Assembly (NCBI GenBank): GCA_951406725.2
Contig: OX597815.1
Span: forward strand, 151,280,001-151,344,000
Source: Octopus vulgaris
Lineage: Eukaryota
DNA: 64,000 bases
Direction: 5' to 3'
Part shown: positions 27,984-41,758 of the stretch, piece after piece
Layout: each line of letters opens with the position of its first letter
How positions within the stretch are numbered: the stretch's first letter is position 1
Position numbers and translations under genes: made by a program
The notes under the pieces: model-generated
Databases searched by the model: none
The model's input: the letters and a program-made list of their open reading frames with translations, nothing else
Told to the model about the DNA's origin: nothing

Positions 27984-28165
27984 ATAACATCGAAAAATAC
28001 CTTAGGAATGAGAACCCAGGTTTGAAATTTCCCCAAGACACCTGATGAAGGCTGGAGAGTACATCAGCTGAAACATTGTGCTAACAACAAACAAGATGAG
28101 GACAAATATCTGTCAAATGTAAATAATGTACAGAATTCCTCATCTCTCGAGTATAGAACTGTATA
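27984..28165 (+). mobile_element. Penelope-like pLTR fragment with degenerate minimal hammerhead (28038-28081)
   Basis: acac-CTGATGA-aggctgg..tcagct-GAAA-catt-gtgc. The same sequence forms the inverted pair at 35590-36165. Confidence 0.6.
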
Positions 28166-29584
28166 ATGTTTCTACTATTGGCACAAGGTCTGAAATTTGG
28201 GACTGGTGGCAGTTTATCTGGAGCTAGTCAATAATATCAATCCCAGTGTTTGACCAATGGTTATTTTATTGACCCTGAAAGAATGAAAGACAAAGTGGAC
28301 CTCAGTGCAATTTGAACTCAGAATGTAAAGATGAACAAAATGCTACTAAACATTTTGTCCAGCATGCTAATGATTCTGCCAGCTCACTGCATTATAGAAC
28401 AGACATAATAATAATAATCTGTCAACTCTGCTAGCTACCAGTAAGCAATGGCACGACCCTTCTTCTTCCTCTCAAATGCAGATGCATTCATACGGTTATG
28501 CATCAATCATCCAACAGTCTTCCTGCCAAAGCTTCATCCCTTCTGCCTGTGGATTCCAAATTTCCAGGACTGCAACTATAAACATAGGCACAATGGAAAG
28601 TAGTGAGATTATGGAAATGATGGAATGGAGATTTGTGAATGTCTGCTACAAGAAGTAAACTGGCCTTGCTTAATATGCAGTAAAGGAGTAGGTGTTAACT
28701 CTGTACACTGTGCCCAATGTAAGCTGTGGACACACACCAGATGAAGTGGAATCAAAAGGCAGACTAGTAAAGAAAATAGGCCAGCTATGAATTTTTTAAT
28801 GATTTTTGATGGCTGCATCCAATGAGGAACCACAGTACTTATAAATATTTTTTTAGGACCTCCACCTTCAAGAGTAGCAGTAATATTGGAATAAGTATAC
28901 TCAAACCAAGGATCTAACTTACTTTCTAGCAATACAGTGTAACTTTTCTAATGGCTCTCAAAGACCAGATGTTGGCGTTAAACCAAGGGACACTTATGTC
29001 TTCTACCCATGGACTAAGATGGTGGTCCCTATGGCAGGTTTCTGCTCAGTTTTTACATATTTTACTATTTACTTGTTTTGGTCATTGGACTATAGCCATG
29101 CTGGAGCACTGCTTTGAAAGGTTTAATTAAACAATCTGAGCTCAGTAGTTATCAATTCTGGTACTTATTCTATCAGTTTCTTTTTTCAAACTGTTAAGCT
29201 ACAGGGATGTAAACAAACCAACACTGGTTGTCAACTGGTGGTAGGCGATAAAACATAAACTTAAACATGCATGTGTATGTATGTGTGTGTGTATGTGTGT
29301 GTGCATGAAGGTGTATGGTTTAGTGGGTAGGATGTTGTACTCATGATCACTAGATCATGAGTTCAATTCCTGGACCAGATGGCATGTTGTCTTCTAGAGC
29401 AAATCATTTCATTTCATGTTGCTTTCTAGTGACAGAATAGCCTTCCAGTCAGTGGGGGTGGGAATGTTGGCCTGCTTGCCGCACCAGTGGGGTGGAATAA
29501 TTTGAAAGCTAAACAACAATGAAGCACATTGTGACCAGCAATGTATAACAACATACCGTTGTTTGTTTGTATGTATGTATGTAT

Positions 29585-29960
29585 GTATTTCATTGTCCAG
29601 TTTTATTTCAAGATTTCTCGCCAAGAGAGAAAGAGCTGGTTTCTAACCTAGATCCAAGGCTCCTTCACTGGAATTTCAACATCAACAACAGAGTATGTAT
29701 GTATATGCGCAGATTTGCATATTTTGTTTTATTTATTCTCATGCATATAGTTGCATATCTAGACATGCTCCTATCAATTTAAATGATAATCTTTATGAAA
29801 GTTTTACAGATTTTTACAGTTCCAGTGATGGATTAGATCTGTAGTCTTTGAATCAGCTTTCTCCTTTCTGGTTTTGAGAAGCCTAATTTCTCAAGATTGG
29901 AATTTAGGCAATGTGTTACATATCCCAGTGCTCCAATAATTACAGGTATAAACCTGAACT
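29585..29960 (-). mobile_element. 3' end of an RLE-type LINE (second family)
   Basis: Minus strand reads FIPVIIGALGYVT..LQI.SITGTVKICKTF. Same family as 48305-48680. Confidence 0.6.
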
Positions 29961-31559
29961 TGTAATCTGTATGTATGTATATATGCATGTATGTTTACGC
30001 AATGGGTTTCTATACAGTTACCACCCAGGAAATTCACCCACATGGCATTGGATGGCCCCAGGCTATAGCAGAAGACACTTGCCGAAGGTGATGCTGTGTA
30101 GCGAGACTGGATCTGAAACCACATGATTACAAATCAATCTTCTTAACCACACAGCCATGTCTATCCACCAAATTTCATTTATAAGGATTTTGTTGGTCTA
30201 AGGGTGTGGATAAAGACACTTGGCTGAGATCCCATGCAGCAGGATTGAAACCTCAGACAACATGGTCACAAATAAACTTCTTAGCTATTCAGCCATGCCA
30301 ACTGGTTAATACTGTGTCTGTTGTCTTTTTAACCTCTTATCTTTATTAATTTGCATTGTCAATTTATCAGATTTAAGATAAGAAATGTGATTCATCAATG
30401 TGTATTTATCCTCCTTTCTCATTGTCAGCTTTTGAAATTAGCAGTTTTCAGTATAATGTCACGATAATATGTTTCCAGCATGAATTCATATTGCACTGGT
30501 GAGTTGAAGAGAGGGGGGGGGAGAAAGCACTTAAACAGGATGCAATCAACATATTTATTTTATAAAACAATGATTTTTTTTTTTTTATGTAAGCTCAAGG
30601 TCACAATTTCTTTTAGTGGGTTGGGTAAAAGGGAAATGGGGCTTATGAGTTAAACAGAATGTGAAGTGATGATATTAAGCATTTAGCATTCAGATTACTC
30701 TGTTAATTGTAATATTTATTTATTCACGTTGCTTTGAATTAATCATGTTTTATCTTATAGCTTTGAGATTTCAATGATGTGATTGTATATTTTTAGAATG
30801 TCATTGTAGGGTAGGTGTTAGAAGTCAGACCTGGCTAGATGTGGCCAGTTTAAAAGCTGATTGGTTAAATACTGTACAGTGTTTCTACCCATGCGATACT
30901 AATTCATCTCCCTACTGTTTATTTTGTCTTAATAATTGTTTCTAATACAAGCACAGAGCCAGAAATTTCAAGGAAGGTGTTTAATTGATATCATCCACCT
31001 CTGTATTTGATTAATACTTTATTTTATTGACCGTAGAGGAATGAGACCATAGTTGACTTTGATTGGATTTGAAATCAGAATGTAAAAAGCTGACTAAATA
31101 TCCATTGGTCTTTTTTTGTGACACTCTAATGCAGTGTTTCTCAACCTTTTTTACCCTTGAAATAAATTACAAGTCCCAAGGATCCCCTCACAAGAAACAT
31201 TATATGCCATATCTTTCTCATATTTTTTTCATTGTAATTCATGTGGCAAATATATATATATATATATCATCATTTAACATCCGCTTTCCATGCTGACATG
31301 GGTTGGTCGGTTTGACTGAGGTCCCTATCCATCTAATAATGGCCCCTATTCATCTAAGTGAGTAATATCCTTGAATATATTCTAACTTTGTGATGCTCTG
31401 TCCAACCCATGCCTACAAGAAAAATCGATATAAAATGATGACGATAAGTTTTGGGCAAATAAGAAAAAAGAAAAAACAAACAAAGGAAAAGAGAAATGAG
31501 AGTACTTAATACTAAATGTAAAGGGAAATGGATTTTATTGGAAACTGAGGACTTCCAGA

Positions 31560-31625
31560 ATCGTTACTCTTAGTTTCACGTCTCTGATCTTCGCGCGAAA
31601 ATCGGAACCGGGGAAACTTAGAATT
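31560..31625 (+). promoter_or_regulatory. CpG-rich putative promoter of the RING gene, with a palindromic E2F-type site
   Basis: TTCGCGCGAAAA at 31590-31601 matches TTTSSCGC on the minus strand. Local CpG enrichment in unique sequence ~600 bp upstream of the CDS. Confidence 0.45.
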
Positions 31626-32225
31626 TTCAGCAGCTGATAAAATTTTACACACACATGAATCCCATTAACACTTTAAACATGAGGTATCAGGATTAATCTG
31701 GCAATCATTTTTAAAGTTTCCGTCGACGTAATTTAAGTGATTTATCGAGTTTTGCAACGTAGAGATGCAATTCACATTAAGAATAATAGTTCAGTACGTA
31801 TTTAATGTACAGATTATCTAATTCGAAATGCTTTTGTAGCGAGGGAAAACATTACACAATGTTTCTAATATTTTTCGTTCCAGCTTTAGATGTATACTTT
31901 TTTTTAATTCTCAGAGTGAAAGTTTTTAAAAAATGGTCCAAAACAAAAAGAAAGAGAAAAAGTGGTGTTGGTAAACAGTAAACAGATTGCAAATAAAATT
32001 GTTATTTCGTATTCATAAAAATGTTCCTTTTTATAATTTAACTTTATTAAATGTAAAAGTATTTTTCGTTTCGGATTCAAAATCTGTCTCCATTTTTACA
32101 AACAACTTCAGTAAGTTGTTCCTGTGTTCAATTGTCTAACAGATACTTATACCATTTCTTCGTAAAAAAAAAAAAAGGACTCTTGCCAAAATCTTTGGCA
32201 ACACCACCATGTGAATGGCTTTAAA

Positions 32226-32918
32226 ATGGGATTTGCGAGATTAATTGGTAACTTAATTCATATTTTAGTCATTGTAAATGTATTTTGCTTCGTCATCACT
32301 TATATTCCTTCCACACTCGGGGAAAGTATCAATCATGTTTGGGGTCTAACTTTCAAACCGCTTTATGTGATAATCCGACAGATGTTTGTGGAATTATTCC
32401 AGGACCATTACCAAGATTTTCTGAGAGTCGTCGACACTTTAGGCTGCGGTCATTTCCTTCCTGTCAGCTTCATCGGTTATTTAATGTTCATATGTGATTA
32501 CATTGTTACATCTGTTTGTATGTTTATAAAGTGTTTTTATAAATGGATCACGTTACAAAAAATCCTTTTCTCAATGCCTATATATTTAATACTTACTTGG
32601 ATCTGTTCTACTGTGGAGAATTTCTTCCGTACATCATCTGCTAATGTTACCCCAAACCGTTCCAACCAACAAAATACCAGGAACAATGGTGATATATATA
32701 ACAACCTACTACAATACCAAAGTATTAACCACAATAGGGACAATCTTTCTCTAAAGTGCGTGTTGTGTTTTCAAAACGACCGAAGTGCTCTTTTTCTTCC
32801 CTGTGGACATGTCTGCTTATGTTTGAAATGTGCCAAGACTGTTATAAATGCTAATCACGTCTGTATTGTATGTCGAACGCCTATCACATCTCTCAATGAA
32901 ATATGTATCTGTTATTAA
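32226..32918 (+). CDS. Transmembrane RING-finger E3 ligase, RNF26-like (C3HC5-type RING), 230 aa, intronless CDS
   Basis: Intact ORF from the first in-frame ATG. Several hydrophobic N-terminal segments and a polar linker lead to a C-terminal CVLC..LFLPCGHVCLCLKC..CIVCR. This architecture matches RNF26; orthology is not established. Confidence 0.85.
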   Translation: MGFARLIGNLIHILVIVNVFCFVITYIPSTLGESINHVWGLTFKPLYVIIRQMFVELFQDHYQDFLRVVDTLGCGHFLPVSFIGYLMFICDYIVTSVCMFIKCFYKWITLQKILFSMPIYLILTWICSTVENFFRTSSANVTPNRSNQQNTRNNGDIYNNLLQYQSINHNRDNLSLKCVLCFQNDRSALFLPCGHVCLCLKCAKTVINANHVCIVCRTPITSLNEICICY

Positions 32919-33142
32919 ATTTATCTATTTCAATGTTTTACTTGTTTCTCTTGATTATAGTTGTTTATTAGATTAAAACCTGTTTTAAAATTAAAACAAG
33001 TTTAATTATTAATTGACGTAAGTATCAACTTTTCAGATGTTCATTTGTTTATATTTACTTTATCGATGTCATCACCTGTTGAAATGAAGTAGGTGAAAAA
33101 AGTACCTGCTCACACAAACTCATACGTGAACGTGCGCGTGTA

Positions 33143-33185
<43 letters not shown>

Positions 33186-35589
33186 CGGTATGTGGTAAGG
33201 CAATTCGTTCTGATTATTGCTATATTATAAATTTTCCTCGAATGAGGCTTTTACATGCGAGACTACTTGGTGTAATTGATAATTATTCCAAATTAATTAA
33301 TTTCACCCTTCATTATATATATATATATATATATATAATGTATGTGTGTGTATTTTGAGCCAAGCACGACTCTGATTATAAATAATTATCTCTAATTAAA
33401 TAATAATCAATCTGGCGATGTTTGGGGTTTTTTAGGTGCATATAACTGCGTGATTGATAATGAAACCAAAACAACATAGGACATGTTCGATCGGCCTGGC
33501 AGAAATAACAGCCAAATTTCAAATTAACAACTTGCCATTTAAAGAAAGAGAAAGGAAGTTAGGATAGTGTCGATCCTATGTGGACAGAAACACGAGATAA
33601 TCACTGTTGGGACATTTTTCATGATACATGTGTGTATTAAAATGACCACTAATGTCACGTTTGATGACATGATTGCTATCACTGAAAGAGATACGGTTAA
33701 CACATATACTCTCTCTCACACACGCACAGTCACATATGGTGCATTAACCTGTTTATATTTATACTCAAGTAACCAAGTTGTCAATAATGATTGAGGTATT
33801 GTTGAAATTTTATGAAGAGTGTATGTGGAAGTAAATCATCGTTTAACGTCCGTTCTCCATGCTAGCATGGGTTGGACAGTTCGACTGGGGATCTGGGAAA
33901 CCAGTAGGCTGCACCAGGTTCCAGTCTGATCTGGCAGTGTTTCTACAGCTGGATGCCCTTCCTAACGCCAAAAATAAAATACCAAAATATCAGGTAAAAT
34001 AAAATTATATTTATCACTTCGAAAATACTATACAGGTATGATTAACTACAAAAGCTAATGAAAATAGGAGGAGGTACTGACACACCTTTGTCTTTTGAAG
34101 TTTCAGTCTGTAATTGCAAATTGTTCGTGTTTATTGTTCTGCTTAAAACAACATAGAGTTGACCATGGCTAAACAATGTCTTTGGCAGGTATACTCCTAA
34201 TAATATCAAATGATTGACCCTGAGACTTATTTGTAGTCATAGCAAATGAAGAGATAACAGAGAAATGCCTCCTTTTCAAATTAAAAGGTAAAGATGTATC
34301 ACCTGGAGTTAAATTCACTCTTGGTATGGAGCACAGCTTCTCTGTTGCTGCCAGATTTAGTTTCTAAATAGGTCTCACTGGTGCTGAATCCATGTAAAAA
34401 GCATCCAGTCCATTCTGTAAAGTGGTTGGCATTAGGAAGGGTTTCCAGCTGCAAAAACCATGCCAAAGAATGACAGTAGTAATTAGCATAGTCCTCTGGC
34501 CTGCCAGCTCCTGTCAAACCATCTAACCCATGCCAGCATGGAAGATGAATATTAAATGATGATGAAGTCTCAAATCTCTGATGATAAGTCTGATCCAGTT
34601 TAGTAAACCTTTTCTTGGGTTGAGCATAACAACTGAATGAATTTTTAGCTATAATTCTTGCACAGGTATCCGTAAAGTTGTCCCGAAATTCCTTATGAAT
34701 GTTGCAATGTTGGGCAAAGTTTCAGAATTTATGAACATTAAAACATTAGTTAAGCATCATGAGACACTGAAGACAACAGAATGAACTATCAAATGCAAAA
34801 ATTAAATGGAATAAATCCTGTTTGTGTCAAATCATCATCATCATTGTTTAACGTCCGTTTTCCATGCTAGCATGGGTTGGATGGTTTTACTGAGGACTGG
34901 CAAGCCAGGAGGCTGCACCAGGCTCCAGTCTAATCTGGCAAGGTTTCTACAGCTGGATGCCCTACCTAACACCAACCACTCCAAGAGTGTAGTGAGTGCT
35001 TTTTACATGCCACTGGCATGGGAGCCAGTCAGGCGGCACTGGCATCAGCCATGTTCGGATGGTGCTTTTTACATGCTTCCAGCACAGGAGCCAGTTGGAG
35101 TGGTGGGGCTGGCATCAGATGGTGCTTTTTACATTCCACCGGCACTGGGGAGCCAGTCAGGCAGTACTGGCAATGACCCATGCATGAATGGTGCTTATTG
35201 CATGCCACCAAGGCACGGGAGCCAGTCAGGCAGTACTGGTATCAGCCACAATTTCCATTTTGATTTCAATTTGATTGTGATTTTAATTTTGATTTTTGAT
35301 TTTACTTGACTCAATAGGTCCCTTCAAGCACGGCATGTCGGCTGATGATTCATGGTTTAGAAAATAAATCTCATTAAGTGGAACAAATCCAAAAGCTTCA
35401 AATTCTGAAGTGTTACTCACAAAAAATATTTTATATACACAGACACTTAGTGTATTATGTATATTGGTTTCAAATTTTGGCACAAGGCCAGTGATTTTGG
35501 GGTAGGTGGATAAGTCAATTACATCAACCCCAGAGGTTAACTGGTACTTATTTTATCAACCCCAGCAACATTTGAACCGAGAACAAAAC

Positions 35590-36165
35590 AGTTCTATATT
35601 TAAGAGATGAGGAATTATGTACATTGTTTACATTATTTACATTTGATGGATATTTGTCCTCATCTTGTTTGTTGTTAACACAATGTTTTGGCTGATTTAC
35701 CCTCCAGCTTTCATTAGGTGTCTTGGGGAAATTTTGGACCTGAGTTCTCATTCCTAAGGTATTTTTCAATGTTATTATTATTATTATTGAGGTCACTGCT
35801 TGGAATCGAACTTGGAATCTTGGGGTTAATAGCCTGTGCTCTTAACTATGCCATATGCCTGTGGACAATTATGGAGTGAATTTTGGGGCTTATAGATCTA
35901 ATGTTAAGGAAGGATAGAAAAATATTAGATTTATACGCCTTAAAATTCACTCCATAATTGCCTACGGGCATATGGCATATTGGTTAAGAGCGCAGACTAC
36001 TAACCCCAAAATTCCGAGTTCGATTCCAAGCAGTAACCTGAAAAGTAATAACAACAACATCGAAAAACACCTTAGGTTCGAAATTTCCCTGGAGGGTATA
36101 TCAACCAAAATGTTGTGCTAACAACAAACAAGATGAGGACAAATATCCGTCAAATGTAAATAATG
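35590..36165. repeat. Inverted pair of Penelope-like pLTR fragments
   Basis: 35626-35905 is the reverse complement of about 35921-36165 (with a deletion). Contains a decayed hammerhead-like motif and a tRNA-like segment. Confidence 0.65.
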
Positions 36166-36842
36166 AGAACAAAAGTCGGGAGAAATACTGCTAAGCATTT
36201 CTTCTGGCAGAGTAACGATTCTACCAGTTTGTCACCTTAAATTACATATTCTGACCACGTTTCCCATTTTGTCTTTGTTTGATGAACTTCAAAAAGAATC
36301 TATATTTTTCTCTTGAACTTGTACTGTCTATCTACCACACAGACAGGATATATGATGTGGTTGTAATAATAGGTTGTGAGCTGGCAGAAATGTTATCAAG
36401 CCGGATGAAATGCTTAGTGGTATTTTGTCTGTCTTTACGTTCTGAGTTCAAATTCCACCGAGGCCGACTTTGCCTTTCATTCTTTCGGGGTCGATAAATT
36501 AAGTACCAATTGCATACTGGAGTTGATCTAATCAACTGCCCCCCCACCCACTCCCGCAAAATTTTATGCCTTGTGCCTAGAGTAGAAAAGAATAATAGGT
36601 GGGTTGGCAAAATCACAGGATTGTCAGACAAAATGCCATGTATTTGTTCTGGTTCTTTGTATATTCTGTGTTCAAATCCTGCTGATGTCAGCTTGACCTT
36701 TCATTCTCTCAAGGTTGATAAAATATAATAGCAGTCAAATCCTGAAGTCAATAGAAATGGGCAGTGTAGCTGGGAAAATTGCTTTGTAAACTTGTGTTTT
36801 GTGTTTTAAACAATGTACTGGGGTGGATTTGTTCAACTAAAC

Positions 36843-37425
36843 CAGAGGTTCTCAAACTTTTTGGGCCACGCCCCACCCCCTTTCATGGCTACATAATACC
36901 CTCAGCTCCCACACCCCTATTTTTATGTATAAATAAATATCTTATATTTTACTACTAGTGTTGCCTTGGCTGGCTTCCGTACCGGTGGTACGTAAAAAGC
37001 ACCAACCGATCATGGCCATTGCCAGCCTCCTCTGGCCCCTGTGCAGGTGGCACGTAAAAAGCGCCCACTACACTCATGGAGTGGTTGGCATTAGGAAGGG
37101 CATCCAGCTGTAGAAACACTGCCAGATCAGACTGGAGCCTGGTGCAGCCTCCTGGTTTCCCAGACCCCAGTCGAACTGTCCAACCCATGCTAGCATGGAA
37201 AACGGACGTTAAATGATGATGATGATAATTTTACTAATTTATATGTACTCTGAATCATTTGATATTTAATATATAATTTGTATACATTACTATAATAATA
37301 ATATAAATTCATAGCCTCCCAATGCTTCCATTTTCTCTCCCCCCACCCCAGATATCAGCACCCACCTGGGCCCTCTCAATGACCACCGGGGTGGGGTGTG
37401 GTAGTGCCCACTTTGAGAACCTATG
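36843..37425. mobile_element. hAT (Charlie-like) MITE with nested RTE 3' end
   Basis: TIRs cagaggttctcaaa / tttgagaacctatg; perfect 8-bp TSD aactaaac. RTE tail inserted at about 36955-37225. Confidence 0.8.
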
Positions 37426-37846
37426 AACTAAACTCTTGAAGGTGGTACCCAAGCATGGCCATAATCCAGTGACTGAAACAAAAGACTATAGCTTCCCTGA
37501 ATTTGAAAGTCTTGAACCTATGTAAGAAATTACTTGTTATTAAAAATAAAATTATTTTTGAAGCACATTTGTTTTTAGAATGTCTTTATTTTGATTGCTA
37601 TTTCCACGTTTTTTTAAAACAAATATTTGTTCATTTATTTGTTTTTGAAGTACTTCCATCTCATTTAACTTTTTTTTGTTCTATTGCTGAAACCTTATGC
37701 TTGTTGTTCTCGCTGTTCTAGATTTTTCTTGTCCCATGAGTAGCATTTACTCTGGATCAGAAGGAAATATTCTGCAAACTAATATGTTCATTAGTTTCTT
37801 TTCTTCTTAGAAATCATTTTGAAAGGATTACATCACATGTTTTTAA

Positions 37847-38068
37847 CCCTTTTGATACCAACCCGGCTGAAACTGCCTCTGGTTCTGTAGTACTAACGTC
37901 TTGTTTCCATAAGTTTTGAATTAAAATCTTCCTCCAAAACTTAGTCACAATTTATGTTCCTAACACTAACTTAATGATAACTAAGTTATTTTACTAAATT
38001 CTTTGTTATATTTAAAATCAATTGAAAGAAACACAGAGCATCTCGAAATAAATATGGTAACGAAGGGG
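37847..38068. mobile_element. piggyBac-like MITE
   Basis: TTAA|ccctttt...aagggg|TTAA; same family as 7109-7326. Confidence 0.8.
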
Positions 38069-39009
38069 TTAATTAAGAGATAAATCTAAAATTTATGTTT
38101 AGTTATCATAACGAAAAACAAAAATGGATTATACAGTGTTCACACCTTTTGTGTAATTTGTCATATCACTAACACTGCAAAACTGTGTACCATATTTGAT
38201 GGCATTGAAGATGCGTTTTAAGAATAAAAAAAAAAATGAAAACTCACTCTGAGGCCTATATTATATCTCTTAATGTACTAAAATCTTTTTGCCAGAATGT
38301 ATGCTACTGAAATTGAGATGTGTCCTGTGATATCTGTCCTATGCCATCCTACGTTGCCTACAGCTGTCTATTAAAGAATGTGAAAATGTGAAGAATTAGT
38401 AACATATACAGAGAATGAAAAAAAAATGTATACACACTTCAAGAAAGGAAAAATCTGTATGAATATTCTAATTACATGTTATTGCAATTTTTCCAGTGTT
38501 ATGGCAATTTGATAAAACATCAGAAGAGGCAGCTAAAAGAGGTATTTTATACAAGTTAAATATTTCTGCAGGGAACACTAAACTCTGCTTGCGAAGACCT
38601 GTTGGGGCAAGTGAAATCGAACTTGAACCAATCCTACGACTGGCACCCGGCAGTTTCCAGGACCGCTGGACTGACTCCTGTGCAGGTGGCATGTGAAGAA
38701 ACACCAATTCGACCCTGTGCTTGAGGAGATCCATTGAGTCAAGTACACCGACATCAAAATCAATGGAAACTGCAGTTGTGATCCCTGAGCCGGTGGCACG
38801 TAAAAAGCACCATCTGAAGGTGGCCGATGCCAGCGCCGCCTAGACTGGCTTCCGTGCCGGTGGCACGTAAAAAGCACCATCCGAATCGTGGCCATTGCCA
38901 GCCTCGCCTGGCACCTGTGCAGGTGGCACGTAAAAAGCACCCGCTACACTCACAGAGTGGTTGGCGTTAGGAAGGGTATCCAGCTGTAGAAACACTGCCA
39001 GATCAGACT

Positions 39010-40165
39010 GCACACTCACATTACACATCCAACAAGGCCTACTAGCTTCATTACACATCCAACAAAGCCTACTAGCATGTCCTTAACAGTCACAACCCTT
39101 GTTTCACTGCTGTGTAGCATGGTTGCCCAGTCTACTTGTATTGTAGTAGCTATGCTCTCGGAGCATCTACCCCAACTACTAACTTGGTCGCCTTGGTAAC
39201 AAACTATAAACTACTTTTAGTCTTCCTCCTTGGCATGTGATGGAATCTATTTTCTGTACATTTTTGGTGTTTATTGTACTAGTGTGCCTTCCACACATAA
39301 AAACTATCTTCCTCTGATATTGCTGCACTTCTTATGTGTCCATAACTTACAACAGGTACATCTTATAGAGTTTCTACCTGCACCTTTTCTACAGACTGAG
39401 CAGGGCTATCAACCTGAAGAGATTTGTGATTTGTCAGCCTTCCTACTTGCTATGACTTTGGTTTTTGCTTGGTTAACTCTAAGGCCCTTTGATCCTAGAC
39501 TTTATTTCCACACCTGAAACTTCTTTTCTAGTTCTGGTAGTGATTCAGCTATTAGAGCTAGGTTATCGGCATAAAGGAGCTCCTGGGAGCAGCCTGTCTT
39601 GAATTCCTCTGTTATTGCATGGAGGTCTATGATGAACAAGAGGAGGCTGATGATTGATCCTTGGTGAACCCTTACTTCTACCCTGAATTCTTTGCTATAC
39701 TTGTTGCCAACCCTCACCTTATTGACAGCATCCCTGTACATGGCTTGTACAGTTCTTACCAACCACTCATCTATCCCAAGTTTTCACACTGACCTCCAGA
39801 TAAGGGATTAGGGGACCCTGTCAAAGGCTTTCTCCATGTCAACAAAAGCTAGGTACAGAGGTTTATCTTTGGCTAGGTATTTCTCCTGCAGCTGTCTCAC
39901 CAGAAATATAGCATCAGTGGTGCTTCTCCCTGGCACAAAACCAAACTGCATCTCATCTAAACTAACTCTCTCCCTAATTAGTTGGGCTATGACCTTCTCC
40001 CTGACTTTCATCACCTGATCCAACAATCTGATACTTCTGTAATTATTTCTATCTAAGGCATCACCTGTACCTTTGTAGCAGTTGACTACAGTGCTGCTAC
40101 ACTAGCTTTTGGGGATGACTTCTTTGTGTATCACCTGGTTAACTATACAGGTAACTATAACCTAC
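39010..40165 (-). mobile_element. Degenerate RTE LINE reverse transcriptase fragment
   Basis: QFGFVPGRSTTDAIF..FVDMEKAFDRVP; HQGS..YADNLAL. Confidence 0.9.
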
Positions 40166-40487
40166 ATCGCTAGATATTTTAAGATCTATATATTGTCAGT
40201 GGATCTTATATTCGAAAAGGAACATACTCTAAAGAATAGAACAATAATGTATTTACAAGCAGTTAAATATATGTTGGGTCATAGAGTGAGTAATGGCTTC
40301 ACAACCATAAAGTGCCAGGCCTTATAGATGGCTCATCAACTGACACCCATCTATAAAGGCCAAATGCTTTATGAATGCAAAACTATTGGTCACTTGTTGA
40401 CCGGACATTATTTAACTGCTTGTAAAAATATGTATGTATGTATATGCATACACACACACATGACCATATACCTCATTGTTACTTGTA

Positions 40488-41758
40488 CAGGGTGGGGAAG
40501 CAAAATTTACAATGAATGTTAAGTTGTTTTTTCAAAGCAGGCACTGAGTCAATTATTTTGAAACGTAGCAGATATTGATGTCATAATCATACCTAACACT
40601 ATTATCCTTACCTTTACAGAAACTTTTGCCCATATGAGTAATCAGGAAAGCAAGTGTCAAAGAGTGTGTAATTTGCTGAATGCACTCGTCACACCAAAGG
40701 AGATTTCAAGAATAGTTGGAGTGTCCATAAAGACTGTTTATAATGTAAAGAATAGAATGACTATGAGCAAAACTATTACGAGGAAGTCTGGAAGTGGAGG
40801 AATCAACAAAAAACGTACCAAAGCTTTTATCAAAGCTCTCAAATCCAAAATCCTAAAGGATCCAACCAAATCCATGAGAAAAATGGCAATTGAACTTGAG
40901 GTAGACAACAAGACATTTAGAAATTCAGTAAAATATGATTTGAGGTTAAAATCTTACACAAGAACATCAAAACGCTTGTTGACAACAGCTATGAAGGAAA
41001 AGAGATTGGAAAGGTGCAAGAAAATTATTACATGGTTCAGATGGAAAGATCTTCACTGTTGATGCTGTTCTGAACTGCAGAAATGACAGATTTATCGCAA
41101 AATCAACAGCTGAGATTATGGGGACATTCAAAACAAAACATCCTGCTCAGGTTATGGCTTTTGGTTTTGTGGCTTCTGATGGAAAGAAAATGCCTATAAA
41201 ATTCTACAAAACTAATGAAAAGATCAATGTTAATACTTACTACAAGACGCTGAGATACCGGGTATTGTCATGGCTTAAAGCAAACTACCCAGATGATAAT
41301 TATGTATGGACACAGGATGGTGCTCCAGGATGGTGCTCCAGCCTACAGAGCTAGAAAAATACAAGATTTCTGCAAATCCAACTTAAGCAATTTTTTGGAA
41401 TCATGTTTATGGCCGCCTTCTAGCCCAGATCTAAACTCTCTGGATTATGCTATTTGGGGCGTTTTAGAACATGCTACCAATAGAACATCACACAGCAATG
41501 TCGACTGTCTTAAAGATACTATTAAAGAAGAATGGGAGAAGTTGTCTCCTGAATATTTGAGGAAGACTTGTGCAAGTTTCAGGGAGTGTGTGAATGTAGT
41601 TATTGAGAAAGAAGGAGGACACATAGAATAAAAATATTTTCTCTTACGTAAATTTTCTTGTGGCCAATAAATTCTCATGACTTTCAATAAACTAATTGGT
41701 CATACACTGTCTTTCAATCCCTGGCTCAAAATATTGTAAATTTTACTTCCCCTCCCTG
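40488..41758 (+). mobile_element. Tc1/mariner DNA transposon, DD37D (maT) family, pseudogenised
   Basis: 26-bp TIRs (cagggtggggaagcaaaatttacaat, 24/26 match) and TA TSD. HTH in ORF 40634-41062; QDGAP-x-WPPSSPDLNSLDY with 37 residues between the 2nd and 3rd D. A 13-bp duplication at 41313-41338 frameshifts it. Confidence 0.92.

Noticed and set aside
27960-27990. Another family A SINE broken near the CTT^ACCACAC site
   Set aside because: The break is about 7 nt away, has no TSD and joins a Penelope-like fragment, so it is not counted as support for targeting.
34985-35250. Repeated ~25-nt motif ggtgctttttacatgcca.c.gca with ~30-nt variable spacers (also 7780-8010, 27555-27800, 38790-38945), superficially CRISPR-like
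   Set aside because: These are tandem subrepeats of the RTE LINE 3' UTR. The spacers are related to each other, there are no cas genes, and the context is eukaryotic.
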